Positions 39,001-52,337 of a DNA stretch of 64,000 nt are shown piece after piece. A program made the translations under genes and the position numbers. Source of the stretch: Lytechinus pictus (taxonomy: Eukaryota); NCBI RefSeq assembly GCF_037042905.1, contig NC_087251.1:31994001-32058000 (forward strand), in the 5' to 3' direction. Below the pieces are notes generated by a model. The model was not told the origin of the DNA. It made no database searches and worked only from the letters and a program-made list of their open reading frames with translations. Position 1 is the stretch's first letter. Each line of letters begins with the position of its first letter.

Positions 39001-42000
39001 CATGAGTGCGATGGTGCAAGATTTCACATGAGATGAAAGAAAGATGCTCTATAACGCCTCCTTGAATAGAGCGTCTCTCTCACTGAATGCAAAATCTCGC
39101 ACCATTGCACGAATAAGAATATTCGCTATTTGTGTTGTACAGCGCCTCGAAATCTAGCGAAAATATGAAAAAACAAGAGTTTTTCCCTGCAATAATCTAT
39201 GAAAAGGGAGCAAAAATATTGAAAAAGAAAAGCAAAATCCCACAAGCACACATGATCTTGGGCAGCATTGCGCATTTAGCCAGCAGGCTATACGCGTATT
39301 GCACCTTCAATTTTACTGAGCGCAATGAATTAAATCGTATTGTGACGTCACCTAAAGCCGTGCAACGGTGCATTTTGGATGGTATGTCGTCTGTGCTACG
39401 GTACGAATGTTTGACATTCAGTCTCCAATTTGCTCGCGTACAACAAGCTAAGTAGGCGTTGTACAATACTTGATGTATCTTCAGCTTCAACGTTTTTCCT
39501 AGGAAAAATATGGAATCAGTAACATCAAAAATAAAAATATTTCACTCAAGTTAATTCTAGCATTCAATTTCTTATCAGTGATAATGGACTGAATCCATTT
39601 CCACAAGTGAATTTGAGAAAAAATCCTAATTAGTTATTTGTTGAGTTGATATTATTTTTAATCTTTATTTTCATCATCTATGGAAAGCTGATAATAATTG
39701 TTTACCGGTATATATTGTTGGATGCTAGTTAGTTATACTTTTGTTCCTCAAGTTGATGAAAATGAAAACTTTTATTGCTGTCTGTTGCATCCGTTATGTC
39801 TGATACGATTAATTTTATACTGGGTGTATGGAAAAGGGGTGAAAAAGACAATATTAAATCGGTGACAATGGAAATGACATCAGAGACAAAGACCTACTAA
39901 CATTCTGAGTCACACTTTCCTGACTGAGTTTCTACTATGATCATCAGGGCCCTGCAACACAAAGGTTTGCAATTGATAACAAATATGAAAGAACACTTCT
40001 AAGTAGTTTCTTAGGAGCATTTTTTATTTTATTTTATTTATTTATTTATTATTTTTTTTATTTTTTATTATTATTATTATTATTATTATTTTTTCTGTTT
40101 TTAATGTTTTTCTTTTGTTTGTTTATGTTGATGTTATAACTGTTTAATCACCATTAATTTGTTTTATTTTAACCAATGCGCGGAACCAAGGGGGATTGGC
40201 CTCGATAGGTCCTTGGCCTTTGCCAATCCCCTACATCCACTGCATGTTGGTGCTACTCTTTCTATTTGTAATTATATTGATTTGTTTATGTATTGATTGT
40301 TTCTTATTGTTCATATAATATTGTATGTTGTATATTTTTTAATGGATGTGAATAAAGTGAATTGAATTGAATTGAACATTGATCTTCATTGTTCAATGTC
40401 ATTTAGTTATTGATTAATAATCTTTGCGTTCTGGAACTCAGTAGCTTTTTCTTCTTCTTCTTGACAGCTTTGTGGAGCCGCCTTTGGCGCTGCTGGTCAG
40501 AGATGTATGGCATTGTCCACAGCAGTGTTTGTTGGAGAAGCCAAGGAATGGCTACCTGAGCTTGTAGAAAGAGCTCAGGCACTCAAGGTTAATTCTGGTG
40601 AGTACTCTACAAGGGTTCTTGCAATCAAGCCTGTCATCAAACTATAAGAAAAAGATTGTTCTGGAGTGCACTTTTTCCTTTTTTTTATGTCTCGCATGTC
40701 AATGGTTGAAATTTGTAATGAGGCAATTCATGCATTTTATAATACTCCAAGCACAAATTGTGAGGTGATGCTAAATTTGTCACAAAAATTGGTGGAGAGC
40801 ATTTCCAATGTTATAAAAGAAAAATGTCAAACTTGATTTTTATTTAATTCTTATATTTCATGACTGTAAGTGTTCCAGAATTTAATTTTGGTAACTTTTA
40901 AATGAGAAATTAGAGTGTGAAATTAAGTGTTTGGTGCAATGTTATTAAAATCAGTATTATCCATTCATTTGTACACAAATCCTGAAAAATGCAGCTATTT
41001 TTAGGTGAGGGTTAATTTAAGAGAAGTAAATTATGAAGACCTCATTTCCAAAAGCTACCCCAGCAGTCTTTATTGCTTTGGAGAAAAAATATGTATCATT
41101 TACAGTTCGCTGTGGAAAGTGATGTTGGAATGAATGTTTTCTGATCTTGCTCTCAAAATTTAAGATCAAACACATGCCCCTTAATAATAATTATCTTATA
41201 TTTATACCTTTGCTTTCTTCAAAAGTGGATATTGTCCTTTTCTGAACAGTCCAGTTGGGTGTTTCAAAAAACTGTTTATAAGCTACGATTGACTTTACAC
41301 ATAATGGGTGACCCTTTATTGTACTAAGTGATATAACGGTATGTAATTGATTAAGGACCTAAAAACATGTTCCAGTCAGGCCTAAAGTTGTGCGTAACTT
41401 TACAAACAGTATTTGCAGTGCTTTTATCAAAAGCTTTTAAGCCCACCGCACAGCTTACAACTGGTCTTCAACTTGATATGGGAAGAAACGGCATTTAGAT
41501 ATTTTCTGATAATATAAACATTAATCTTACATGTATACATGGAAGGCTTAGGTTACTATCAGAATGCTGAACTTTCTAAATGTTTAATAATTGCAAGTCT
41601 TAAGTTTGAATTAATGGCCAAATTGGCCAACAGTCATTGCTCATCATTACGATTTTGAAATGATTTCCCTTTTATAATTATGAAGAGGAATAAAAAATGG
41701 CCATTCATTTTCATTTGAGTATTCACTTGACAATTCAGAACTTAGAAGTCTAATTTGTCACATGATTTAATCTTCTCATAAATTGTTGAGAAGACATTTT
41801 GACTGAAATTTAGGTCTTAGGCCAATTGTAGGGTGTGCGGTTGCCTTTAGAGAAGTAATTTGTTATTTCTTTATCTGCATGAGATGTTGATTGATATTGA
41901 CTAACGTGATTGTTTATGAAAATCTTGAGAGAAATATTTTGTCATCATATCTGTATGTGCACGAGATTTTAATTGATGCTTATTTATTGTTTCAAAGGTG

Positions 42001-45000
42001 ACCAGCCTGGCGCAGATCTTGGCCCATTGATCTCCCCTCAAGCTAAATCCAGGGTATGTGAGCTAATCCAGTCTGGAGTTGATGAGGGAGCAAACCTTCT
42101 CATAGATGGAAGGGACATTGTGGTTGAAGGCTACGAGAAGGGCAACTTTGTTGGACCAACCATCATCACTGACGTAAAGGTAGGAAAGCAAGCTTCGTGA
42201 CATTTCCATATAGATATTTTTATTAGATACGAGTCTGTTTAAAGTGATGAAGAGTATATTAGTTTTGATAAGAAATTATATTTAAAAGCTAATAGCAATA
42301 TTAACCTGTTTATGTTCCAACATTTAAAGAGAATAGGATTTCAGTTACATTTATTTAATGGACTAGGCATTAAGGGGAAGCACTGTCATACATATCAGGA
42401 GGGGATGGCATCAATGCCCCCCCCCCAAAAAAAAAAAAAAAATCATGACCAAGAAAAAAATATGGAGAAAAAGAAAGAAGGTATGGTAAGTTATATTAAT
42501 TTCTTAATATTCTGTTTCACCTGTTCTGTTTAAATCTACACAAAATTAGATTTTTGTGTTAAAAAACGTAATATTTTTTGCTTGCTTGCTTGCTGCTTTA
42601 TAGAAATTTTGCCCCTTACACCATGTGTTGCCCCCTCAAAAGTTTAGGCTCATTATGCTACCAAGGAAAAGACATGAACTCAATAGGTATGATCACATTA
42701 TATCCATAACACAAAATGAACTTGTTTCACAAATGCTCAATTCAAGTATCTGTTACAGTAACATGCCAGGTTCCCAATAAGCCCCCCCCCCCCACCAAAA
42801 AAGAAAAAGCGATTGTGTGGTTGTACTCAACTAACCAGTTCATGTAATAAGGCCTACATGGGGCTGGTCTATCCTTATTTTTTTTTTTTCCACAACCGAA
42901 ACATGTTAAAAGTTTTGCTATTAAAAGCTGGAGCCTTCAAATACTTACAATGGTGTAGCCATCAGAAATAATTAAAGTGTTTAAGATTTTATTTGTTGTT
43001 TGGGTGTGTGTGTGTATATGGGGGGAAAAAATGACTGACCAATAGACCCTATATTTGAAAAAATTGTATTCATTGTATTTGTTTTTTTTTGGGGGGGGCT
43101 AAACCTCCTGAGTGCAGTGCAGTATGGATTAATATTTATTGAAGGATATTAATGCCTAGTGTAAGATTTGAACCCAGGATCCTTGTTTTCTTTGATAATA
43201 GACTGATATGACTTGCTACAAGGAAGAGATCTTTGGACCTGTATTGGTTGTGGTCAATGTAGATACACTAGATGAAGCTATTGAACTTGTCAACAGCAAC
43301 CCATACGGTAATGGAACTGCCATCTTCACAACCAACGGAGCGACTGCCAGGACTTATACAGAGCTGATTGATGTTGGTCAGGTGAGAAGGCCTATCTCTT
43401 TTTATTCATCATTCATTTATTGTCACACTTTAGAAAATGATTATCAATACAAATCATTGAAGGTGTAAGCAAAGATAACTACCCGTAAAATATTATGTTT
43501 TATAATAATATGGTAATTATGACAGTAAAATGTATCAATGCAATTTTAACTGGGCTAATTAAGAACAGATTTCTATGAGGGGGGAGGGGGTCAATTTTAT
43601 CTGGGGATTAAAGGAATTGAGTAACTTTGTGGAGGTTACAAAAGAGAAACCCTGACAATTTTATTTCATAAGCATCATTACATGCTTTACAATAAGTAAA
43701 AAGTGATTATTATCTATCCACTGTCTACAGTTTTATAGGTGTTCTTAGGTGTTTTTTTTTAGGTGTCCATATGGACTCTGATGACACTCTGCTGACTGTA
43801 GTCATAATTATCACAGCAATTAAGTGACAGATGAGCAAAAAAAATTCACCTTGCGTAACCCTAAAGCTGCCGGGGGGGGGGGGTTGAGAATCGACCCACC
43901 CCCCCCTCGACAATTTCCACGACCATTTCACTGCACAAAATTTTTCTACCTCGCCACGCACCGACTTTTTACTTTGAAGTCTTATGCGTCTTTTGAGACC
44001 AAATTCACGATGCCCAGGTATGGAGTTTGAAAATGACGCAACAGTACTAAGTGCATACAGACCTGAATTGATCCAAAAGGTGATTTTGTGTACAAAGTCA
44101 ATGTAAATTTAATTTTCTCACCTTATTTATAAAGATATGATTATTTTTACTTACATCAGCTGAAATTAATTGACTTAAGCATAAATATTATGCTTCAAAA
44201 AGGTTCTGCTTTAAATTTGGTGAAAAAGAAGAAAAACAAAAAGTTTGAAAACAAAGAAATAAGAAATTCATAAAAAAATAAAATGCATAAGAAATTCATT
44301 TCCAAACCAGGTTTTTTTTTTTCATTTTTAATTGTTAACAATGGTATAAAGAATATTTACACCAAAAATTAGCTCTCTATGAGCTTTTTATAGTAAATTA
44401 GAGCAAAAATTATGATTTACACATAAATTAGCATAATTGATTCATATAAAAAAAAAGATGATTTCTTAAAAATCAACCATACAGCCTTGTAGATTGCATT
44501 TACACTATTATCATGCCAATTTTTATGGCGTTCGAGCGATCGACGGCTGAGACCCCCCCCCCCCCCCCCCCCCCCCCCGGGTCATGTAACATCCAAAAAG
44601 CCCAGTCTGGTTAGGGTTATGGACTCTATGCCACAGTGGGTTTCTTTCACACAACCCTCTCGATTACAATGCAAGAGACAGAACCACTGCACCATGAAGC
44701 GTTGCACTTAATGTTGAAAATATCAAAGTCTGATGTCAATAAGAAAGTTACGATGTTTTAAAATGTCGCTCTTTGTTACAAAATTAGTTATATGTACATC
44801 CTGTCTGGTATGCAAATGAGGCAACTAATGACGTCATCCACTCACCATTTCTTTTGTATCTTATTGTATGAAATCACACTTTACTCTTTATGCAACACTC
44901 TCCCAGTAGATAGATCTTTGATCCTATTTCCTAAATCTGACCTGAAATGAGCCAAGAATTACTATTTTTTTTTGTTCTAGGTTGGTGTGAATGTACCAAT

Positions 45001-45181
45001 CCCTGTGCCCCTCCCCATGTTCTCCTTCACTGGATCCCGCGGCTCCTTCAAGGGAGACACCAACTTCTATGGCAAACAAGGTCTCCAGTTTTACACCCAG
45101 GTCAAGACGGTCACCCAGCTCTGGAGGTCAGAAGACGTGACGCATTCCAGGGCTGCCGTTGCTATGCCAGTCCTCAAGTAA
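30007..45181 (+). CDS. ALDH6A1: Methylmalonate-semialdehyde dehydrogenase (acylating), mitochondrial; 13 coding exons, 530 aa
   Basis: Exons 30007-30060, 32349-32393, 32840-32914, 33504-33665, 34848-34926, 35358-35481, 36353-36383, 37576-37723, 38574-38755, 40468-40597, 41998-42179, 43202-43381, 44981-45181 (1593 nt), all GT-AG. Motifs [45 protein letters not shown] (catalytic Cys), [19 protein letters not shown]. The Arg/Ser-rich N-terminus is consistent with a mitochondrial presequence. Confidence 0.96.
31058..31215 (+). mobile_element. Decayed tRNA-headed SINE of a second family in ALDH6A1 intron 1
   Basis: GTAGCTCAGTCGGTAGAG A box, B box deleted, followed by a CCTTTGGTAAGGCATT SINE-like body. 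Confidence 0.5.
34087..34370 (-). mobile_element. tRNA-derived SINE
   Basis: Reverse-complement match to 24323-24607 (GGTTCGATTCC B box, CCCAGGTGAGGTGAATGGGTACC, (TTA)n tail). Confidence 0.8.
34548..34816 (-). mobile_element. tRNA-derived SINE
   Basis: Second tandemly oriented copy, ending about 30 bp upstream of the ALDH6A1 exon 5 acceptor. Confidence 0.8.
38987..39131. repeat. ~145-bp imperfect palindrome, probably the end of a non-autonomous DNA element extending to about 39470
   Basis: AAATAGCGAATA..GTGCGATGGTGCAAGATTT..GATGCTCTAT pairs with ATAGAGCGTC..AAATCTCGCACCATTGCAC..TATTCGCTATTT. Confidence 0.7.
40175..40376 (+). mobile_element. 3' terminal fragment of a CR1/L2-type LINE
   Basis: Hairpin GGGGATTGGC...GCCAATCCCC, then AATAAA followed by a (GAATT)n tail. 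A similar end lies at about 13280-13455. Confidence 0.5.
43859..44616. mobile_element. piggyBac-like MITE (CCCT...AGGG) with poly-G/poly-C subtermini
   Basis: GTAA-CCCTAA...TTAGGG-TTAT (decayed TTAA). The right flank continues as a minus-strand SINE head. Confidence 0.55.
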
Positions 45182-48100
45182 AGAAACATGTGGTATTCGC
45201 ATATCATGTTGAGATTCCTATATGTTTCACCTTCCTCTATTTAATCTGCCGGTAGATGCTAAGTCTTTGCTTATCATGTGAACCAATTGTGGCTGGTTAA
45301 TGTACAGTTGGGGTATAAATAGTACTTTTCTTTCTACACAATCATGTGTGCTGCCTATATTTTTGTACAACTGAGGTTATTAAGGGGGTCAGTCATTATT
45401 AGTGATTTGTGTCAATTCCCAATTTGATTGTTGTTTTATTTTTAAATGCCACATGTGGTGATGGTGTGTCATTTGTGTAATGCAAATTAACTCTGTTTCA
45501 TGATGACTGATTGGGCTGTTACTGAATTGAAAAAAATTGTAAAAGGGTTTGAAAATAAAGTTATGGTAATGAATAAATGAAATTTATCAATCCATTTGAA
45601 TATTTTAGTTTATTATATTTCCAGTTAAATCATGACCAGTCCAAATTATGGGATTCCAGTATTGTAAGCTGCAGCTGCATTTGGCTGTATGGTTTGTTGG
45701 TGTTGAATCATTATCATTTCTAAATAGATTGTGTCATTAAAAGTTTATTTGCCTTGTATGAATTCAAAGACAGCTTATGTGAAGCTTTAAAACACATTTT
45801 AAGAACTGCTTCTTTTTATTTTCATATATTAAATATAGCGTTTATAACCTTATCTTTTAGAAGTGATTTTCATATTGATCATTTTCTTTTGTAAATCCCT
45901 AGAATAGGGCCTTTTTCGATTGAGTATCCCTGTAGCATTTGTTATCTATTTCAAAATCTGCTGAAATAATCTTAAAGATATGTAAAGACAATTAATATAT
46001 ATACAGGATTTAGGTCAGGTAATCATAGGAAAGTCATGGGTACTCAGGAAATGAGATGATTCATTTTTGCAGAAACAACAAAGTCAGCAAATATAGGGGA
46101 ATTAGTTGATTTCTTCTTTTTTTAAGTCATGGAAAATTATTTATTTAAGAGATTGCTCTGATGTTTCGCAATGTAAGTCTCACCAGTTCTGCATACTTGC
46201 ACCTAGACATCACTCAGACTCAAACATCTAACTCTGGATAATAATCAAGGTTGTTGTCATGCAAATATCCATGTAAAGAATGTGTGTATTCTCTGTTCAG
46301 GAAATTCATAGCACGTCATGGAATATTGAAATGAAAATGATTTCTTTTGCGAACTTGCAGGAAGTGTATTAGCATAGTTGACTGTTATTGTAGGCACGGA
46401 AAAAAGTTATCTTTTTGATAACTCCAACCTGTTGCAGAAACAGTTGCAATTAAATGCAACTTGATTTTCAACTAATCTCAAGCGTGCATCCAGGACCTGA
46501 GTTTGAAATGTATTTAAATTCAAATCTCTCTGCCAAGTTCCTTGAAACATGAATAGGCAATGTCAGTGGTAATATCGTTGAAGAGATTAGAGGAGGAAAT
46601 AAGACACAAATCCCATCGAAAATTTATTATTCTCCATCAAGAGGATGAAAATACAGAGAAAAAGAAATAATGCTGCACAATGGAACAATTTTTTTTTGGT
46701 GTTGGTTGTTATTGTTGGTGGAATTTGAAGACATGATTTCTGTTATGAGTGCTGGAAATTCTTGGTAATATGTTTGGTATCCATATTGTCTGTAATTCTC
46801 CCCCTCTAGGGTAGAGTAAATCAGAGCTGTTATTCTAGACGCATTTCTGCTTTCTTGATTTGTTCTCTCAAATAGGGAGATTGAAGGGGAAATCCCTCAT
46901 TCCCCCTGTGATGTCATTTACTTAGATTTTAGATTGAAATTCATCCCACAGACATACACAATTACATCAGCTTTAAGCTTAAGATCTTACATGTATTTTC
47001 ATTTTTATTTCAAGTCCCTGGGGAGGTAGGAGGAGAATCAGGATTTTGCAAACAAATCTGGGAAAAGAGGGTTGGTTCATTTACTTTTTGCAATTTATCT
47101 GAAATTGTTTATGTAGTCTATAGCTACAGCTAAATCTGTATTATTTTGAATGAAGAATTGATCCTGCACTAAGGTTTATTTTGTGCTCAAGATAAGTAAT
47201 CTGGGACTGAAGATCCCATGAATGTAATAGATACGAGTTACATTTGTTCCGTCTTGTCTGTCTAAAAAAAAAAAATGTATTCTCTTTCCACAAATTCAGA
47301 CTTTGTTTGTTATGAATAAATAAATATATCTATTTTGATATTTGCAGATTTATTTAATGCAATAAATGTATTGATGATCATGACAAAGTACTTCCTTGAA
47401 TGGTTGTTGTTTGTTTCCCACCAAGAACCTCTGGCAATGAGCCATCAGATAGTACACAGTTTCTCTCTTTATGACTAATTATTATTTTTGCTTTGTATAT
47501 TTATATTTCATCCTCTATTTGTTTCATGTTTCATCTCTCTAGGACAATGTGAAGCAATCTTGAACAGAAATATAGTAAACCACATCAGTATTATGTTACA
47601 TAGCGAAATTGGCTCCAGGGGCCTATTTGTTGAAGGACTTATAAACTCTTCATTGTGTTAATAATCTGGGTTCATCAATCGGGGTTAACCCATTGAATAC
47701 TGAATTTTGTCATTTCCATAGACTTTGTACAGGTATAACCCGGTTCCAGTTGGCAATGGGTTAAAACAACAGCTGGTTCAACTGATATTAGTGAAATATT
47801 TTTCATCCCAGATCCTAGATCCAACCTTGCTATAACTGTTTAAACTTGATATTGTTGCCTTGCTAGCAGAACTTAGGTGATAGGATTAATGCACACATCA
47901 GTTCCCATTCCCGTTGGTCTGGCCATGGACCTACTAGTAGGTCCATGGTCTGGCAGAAGGTCCACTGTTGTTGCATAGTGTGCGCTTGAGCTAACGCTTG
48001 TTATGCCAGCTGCACAGGAATTGTAAATCGCAGTGAAACACATCACCCTTCTGCTAGCAAGGCAACGATATGATATCAACTATATCGAGGTTAGATCTGG

Positions 48101-49413
48101 GACTGAATATTTCACTCATATATTTGGGGCTAGTTAAACATGATTTTTAACCGCGAGTGTTACCATAATGAAGAGTTACTATAATTGTTCAGTCCTTCAC
48201 CAAACAGACCTATGGAGCCAGTTTTTGCTGTGTAACAAATGATTGTAGGGATGTAAACACTTTTTTTAGATTTAAATACGACTTTATAAGCAACTGGACT
48301 TCGCAGTGTCAGACCAATTGTTTTTATGATGTAATTATAAATACTATCTTTCAAATGATTCCATTTGATTCATGGCAAACATACATTGCACTGAAATATA
48401 TGCTTACAGAAAGATTGTTTAAGGTCAACTCCATATAAATATCAGTGGTCAATCTATTTACATACTTGAAGCAAAAAATGGGAAGAACTTTAGAATTACA
48501 CATTAGCTCACCCCTAGCATATTCATAACATGCAAAATACTATGCATAATTATGAAATTCCCTAACTTGTTTGTTTTGGGTTTTGGGGGTCTGATTTTGA
48601 TGAAATTTTCAGTGATTGGCTCGAGGGTCTGTTTAGAAAAAAAAATATTAATCTGAAGAAGTAAGGTTTAGTGCCAAGTCCTTATTTTCATTAGAAGTCT
48701 CATTGGTGTGGTAAATGTTGCAAAGGTTCAAGACTTTTTTGCAGGATGACCCCAAATGCAAATCGATCATCTGTATGAAGAGTTTAAAAAAGCACAGAAT
48801 AACTTTTTTTAAAGTAGTGTGGACAAATTCAAAATGGAACACATCATTTAGCAAATTCATGATATCAAAAGTGAAACCTTTTTAATGTGATAAATTTGCA
48901 ATTTTTATCTTTTTTTTTAAAGCATGTGAATCATGTATTAAAGTGGGGTGATTTATCTCGTGTCTGAATATATTTTCCCTTAACTCTTCTCCTTTCTCGC
49001 ACGATGTATGAAGGCTTTTAGTCAATTCCCAGATTGTCTTTCACAATTATGGGTAAATGGGATTAGACCATAGTCTGCAACACAGACCCTGATTGAAACT
49101 TTGACCAACAAGTAGGTCTCCACACCAGACTAGCACAAATGGCCTTTTGCGCACGAGTCATAGCCGGGAACTTTAGATTGCAAATTCAGACCACTTTCCT
49201 CCAGTGAAGGGATTGCACAACAAACTAATCGACCAGGTGGTATCTGTACAAGAAAGTCTATCTAATCTGTGTTAATCCAGATGCCTTTGGTAGCTTTCCC
49301 TCTGTCTTAAAGCAGATTTTGATATTTTTCTTAGTCATGTAGTTTCATCCTGCTCTAGAATTTCCTTGTATCCCTCTCCTATCTATCTTATTGTTTCGTT
49401 TGCATTTCATTAA

Positions 49414-49991
49414 AGCGGTACTCTGGCTGAAAATAAATATATCTATATGAATAGAGTAAAATTCACCTAGCAAAATGCTGACAATTTCATGAGAATCTGA
49501 TGAAATATAGTTATTAAAATTTTAAGGTATATCAATATAACAGTTATAAGTAGGTCGCCATGAATACTCATTAGGTGGACTGATGATGTCACATCCCCAC
49601 TTTCCTTTTTCTTTAAATCAAAATTATTTCATATTTTCATACATGTGTGAGTGATATGTCTCCCTTGTGATAAAATATGTTGCAGCAATCAATATCCAAA
49701 TGCATTAAATAAGTTGTCAATCCATTTTTTTCAGTTCTTGGAGGGGAAAAATCCATAAACATAATTTTATGTAATAAAATATTAAGGAACAAGTGGGGAT
49801 ATGACCTCAGTTGCTCATTGAATATTCATGAGGATAAACATAGAACTGTTTCGCCAAAATATAATGCAAATTCTTAGAACATCATAACTTTGTTTATTCC
49901 TTGTCCAATTTAGATCAGATTTGCAGTGTTTTGTCTTGTTGACTTTTCTTTTTCTGTTAAAATCATTTTATTTTCAGCCTGGAGTACCCCT
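49414..49991. mobile_element. TTAA-target MITE (Kolobok-like)
   Basis: TTAA-AGCGGTACTCTGGCTGAAAATAA ... TTATTTTCAGCCTGGAGTACCCCT-TTAA. Decayed relatives lie at about 53430-53935 and 56405-56890. Confidence 0.8.
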
Positions 49992-51036
49992 TTAATAGAT
50001 GTCCACTAGAATGATACTCATTCCTGTAAAAAAGCAAGAAAAAAGTTCTTGTGTTGGAGGAGATATACAGGCCTCAAATATTACCCTTCCATATATATCA
50101 ACCATTATCTTAAAACCAAAATGTACAAACTTTTAATTGGTCATTGTATGTGACACAAGGATGTGCATATTTGGTTTCCCATTAATGGTAGGCCAATAGC
50201 TATCCCATCAATTGATTTAGAATATGTGAAAGGGTGTTAGTTCAATTTAATAAATAACCAACTGAACATATTAACTGGCTAACCTACAAACAAAAATTCC
50301 AGTAAGTTAGCATTTTTTATGTTCTGTATAAAAAAACCTTGATTTATCCCCAATTAAAAACAGTCATTCTTCAAGAAATCCCCTTTGGATTATAATCACA
50401 TATCATTTAATGTGCGGGTAGCATTTCACTTTAGGGCAATTTGGAGGAAACAAAATCTGCAACATATGGAATGCAGAATTATGAGATGCCTTTTTCTAAC
50501 AATTTTGCCAATGTATTTGCACAGTGCGAGTGCATACAACACTTCGTCATCATTCGTCACTTTGCAAATTTCTTAATCATCCTCTAGTTTGGTATAAATT
50601 GATGATTTGGCCGGCTGCACATAGAAAAAAAAATATCAGGCAAACTGGTGAAATGGCAAGTTATTTTTAGTGTGTAGATGATTGAAGCATTTCCTGGTAA
50701 TAATGACTCATCTATTAAGAAGACCGAGAGAGGCTTATTCATGAAGCTAGCTGTCCATCTCGTGGCTCTGTTATAATATGCAATGATCAATGATTTTCCA
50801 CCCTTCCCCTCTCTCTTCTCTTTCTTTCCAATTTTATCCCAACTTGACTTCCATCCATTTCTCATTCTATTTCTCTTTCTACATGTACATCTCTCTCTAG
50901 ATGCCTTCCCCGTTTCATGGATTGCATCATTTAAAACCTTAAACCATGTATTCATTTTTTTGTCACCTTCATCCTCAGATTTCTCCACCTTGCTATTTAT
51001 TACATGCATGTACATATGCAGATAGTAAATAACTAC

Positions 51037-51263
51037 CAGGGCCCCCGTCTTACAAAGAGTTATGATTGATCCAATCAACCACAACTATGAAAAGCCAGCA
51101 ATGTCAACATCTAAAACACTTGTTTGTTCAAAATATTTTCTAGATATACATATTCATACATTCACTGTTTTCGTGAAATTCAGTATGCTCGGTATTTCAA
51201 AGGACATTGTACAAAATTGAGGTTGATTGGATCGACAGTAACTCTTTGTAAGACGGGGCCCTG
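51037..51263. mobile_element. MITE, probably PIF/Harbinger-like
   Basis: About 42-bp TIRs CAGGGCCCCCGTCTTACAAAGAGTTA..GATCCAATCAACC / GGTTGATTGGATC..TAACTCTTTGTAAGACGGGGCCCTG. Confidence 0.78.
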
Positions 51264-51929
51264 ATCTGTTTGTAGGACCTACAGTACAATGTTTAGAAGA
51301 TGGTAAAAGTATAATTTGTAGATATCATATTCTACTCAACATGCATTATTTTGCTGATTTAAAAAACAAACAAATATGGTTTACATGTGTAGTACATAAT
51401 TATATCAAAGTATACAGAATACATTATGCCCCCCCCCCCCCACACACACACACATACAATCCCTTCCTCTTTACAGAAAAGATAAAATCTGGTATTCGCC
51501 CCTCTTCCTCAAATCTATTTTTGTTTGGGGGAATCATATCCCGTTTCATAATCCACTAATTATTTCCATGCCTGAGCCCTCGTCACCATTTTCCTTTGCC
51601 CTTTCTTTTTTTTCATAGACAATCCAATCCTCTCCAATCTCCTCTCTTAGATGCAGGATTTATTCAGATCTTGCTTCTCATTCCATTCTCTAATTGCTTC
51701 CTCATTTTATAGATTTGTTTTAAACATCCTTTTCTGCCACCCATTCATTTTTTATTACACTTGTTTGTATTGTATTCTTTATACAGTGTCCCAGAAAAAG
51801 GAAACCAAAGTGTTTTTTTCTTGCATGGGATGGGAATATCACAATTCAAAATATATCATTTACATCATCAGAAACTGAAGTTGTTCTGTTTATTTTGATA
51901 CCTTTTTATAGTTGTATAATGTGTAATAG

Positions 51930-52337
51930 GGTTTATTTTCATTTGGTCCAATGCCAATTTGTCCAATTTCCAACTCGTCTATCATTTGGTCTACCATCAG
52001 TTCGTCCAATATCCACATGGTCTAATTGCCATTTCACCAACTCACCATTTTGTCTAATAACCAGTTGGTCCAATAGTCATTTAATCCACATACCATTTGG
52101 TCAATCAGACTAAGTGTTAATTGGGCAAAATGAATGAAAAAAAAAAATTAGACCAACAGGTTGTGAGACGAAATGGTCATAGACGAACTGGTGATTAGAC
52201 GAAGTGATGATTGGAACAAATGGTTATTAGACCAAATGGTTGTTAGACAAATGTTGGACGGAATGGCATTAGACTAAATGAAGGTAGACCATGTGGTGAG
52301 TGGACAAGTTGGCAGTGGACAAAATGGCAATTTACCG
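51930..52337. mobile_element. Foldback-type MITE made of ~20-bp subrepeats in two inverted halves
   Basis: (CATTTGGTCTAA/TCCAA)-like units on the left and (TTAGACCAAATGG)-like units on the right. It lies within a TACAGTG...CACTGTG element (about 51782-52506). Confidence 0.7.

Noticed and set aside
521..45181. AKR plus ALDH6A1 as an aldehyde-metabolism gene cluster
   Set aside because: Adjacency alone is not evidence; they are separated by about 12 kb of repeats, and I cannot test synteny or co-expression.
50584..51084. 166-aa minus-strand ORF
   Set aside because: It begins inside a MITE, crosses low-complexity sequence and has no recognisable motif.
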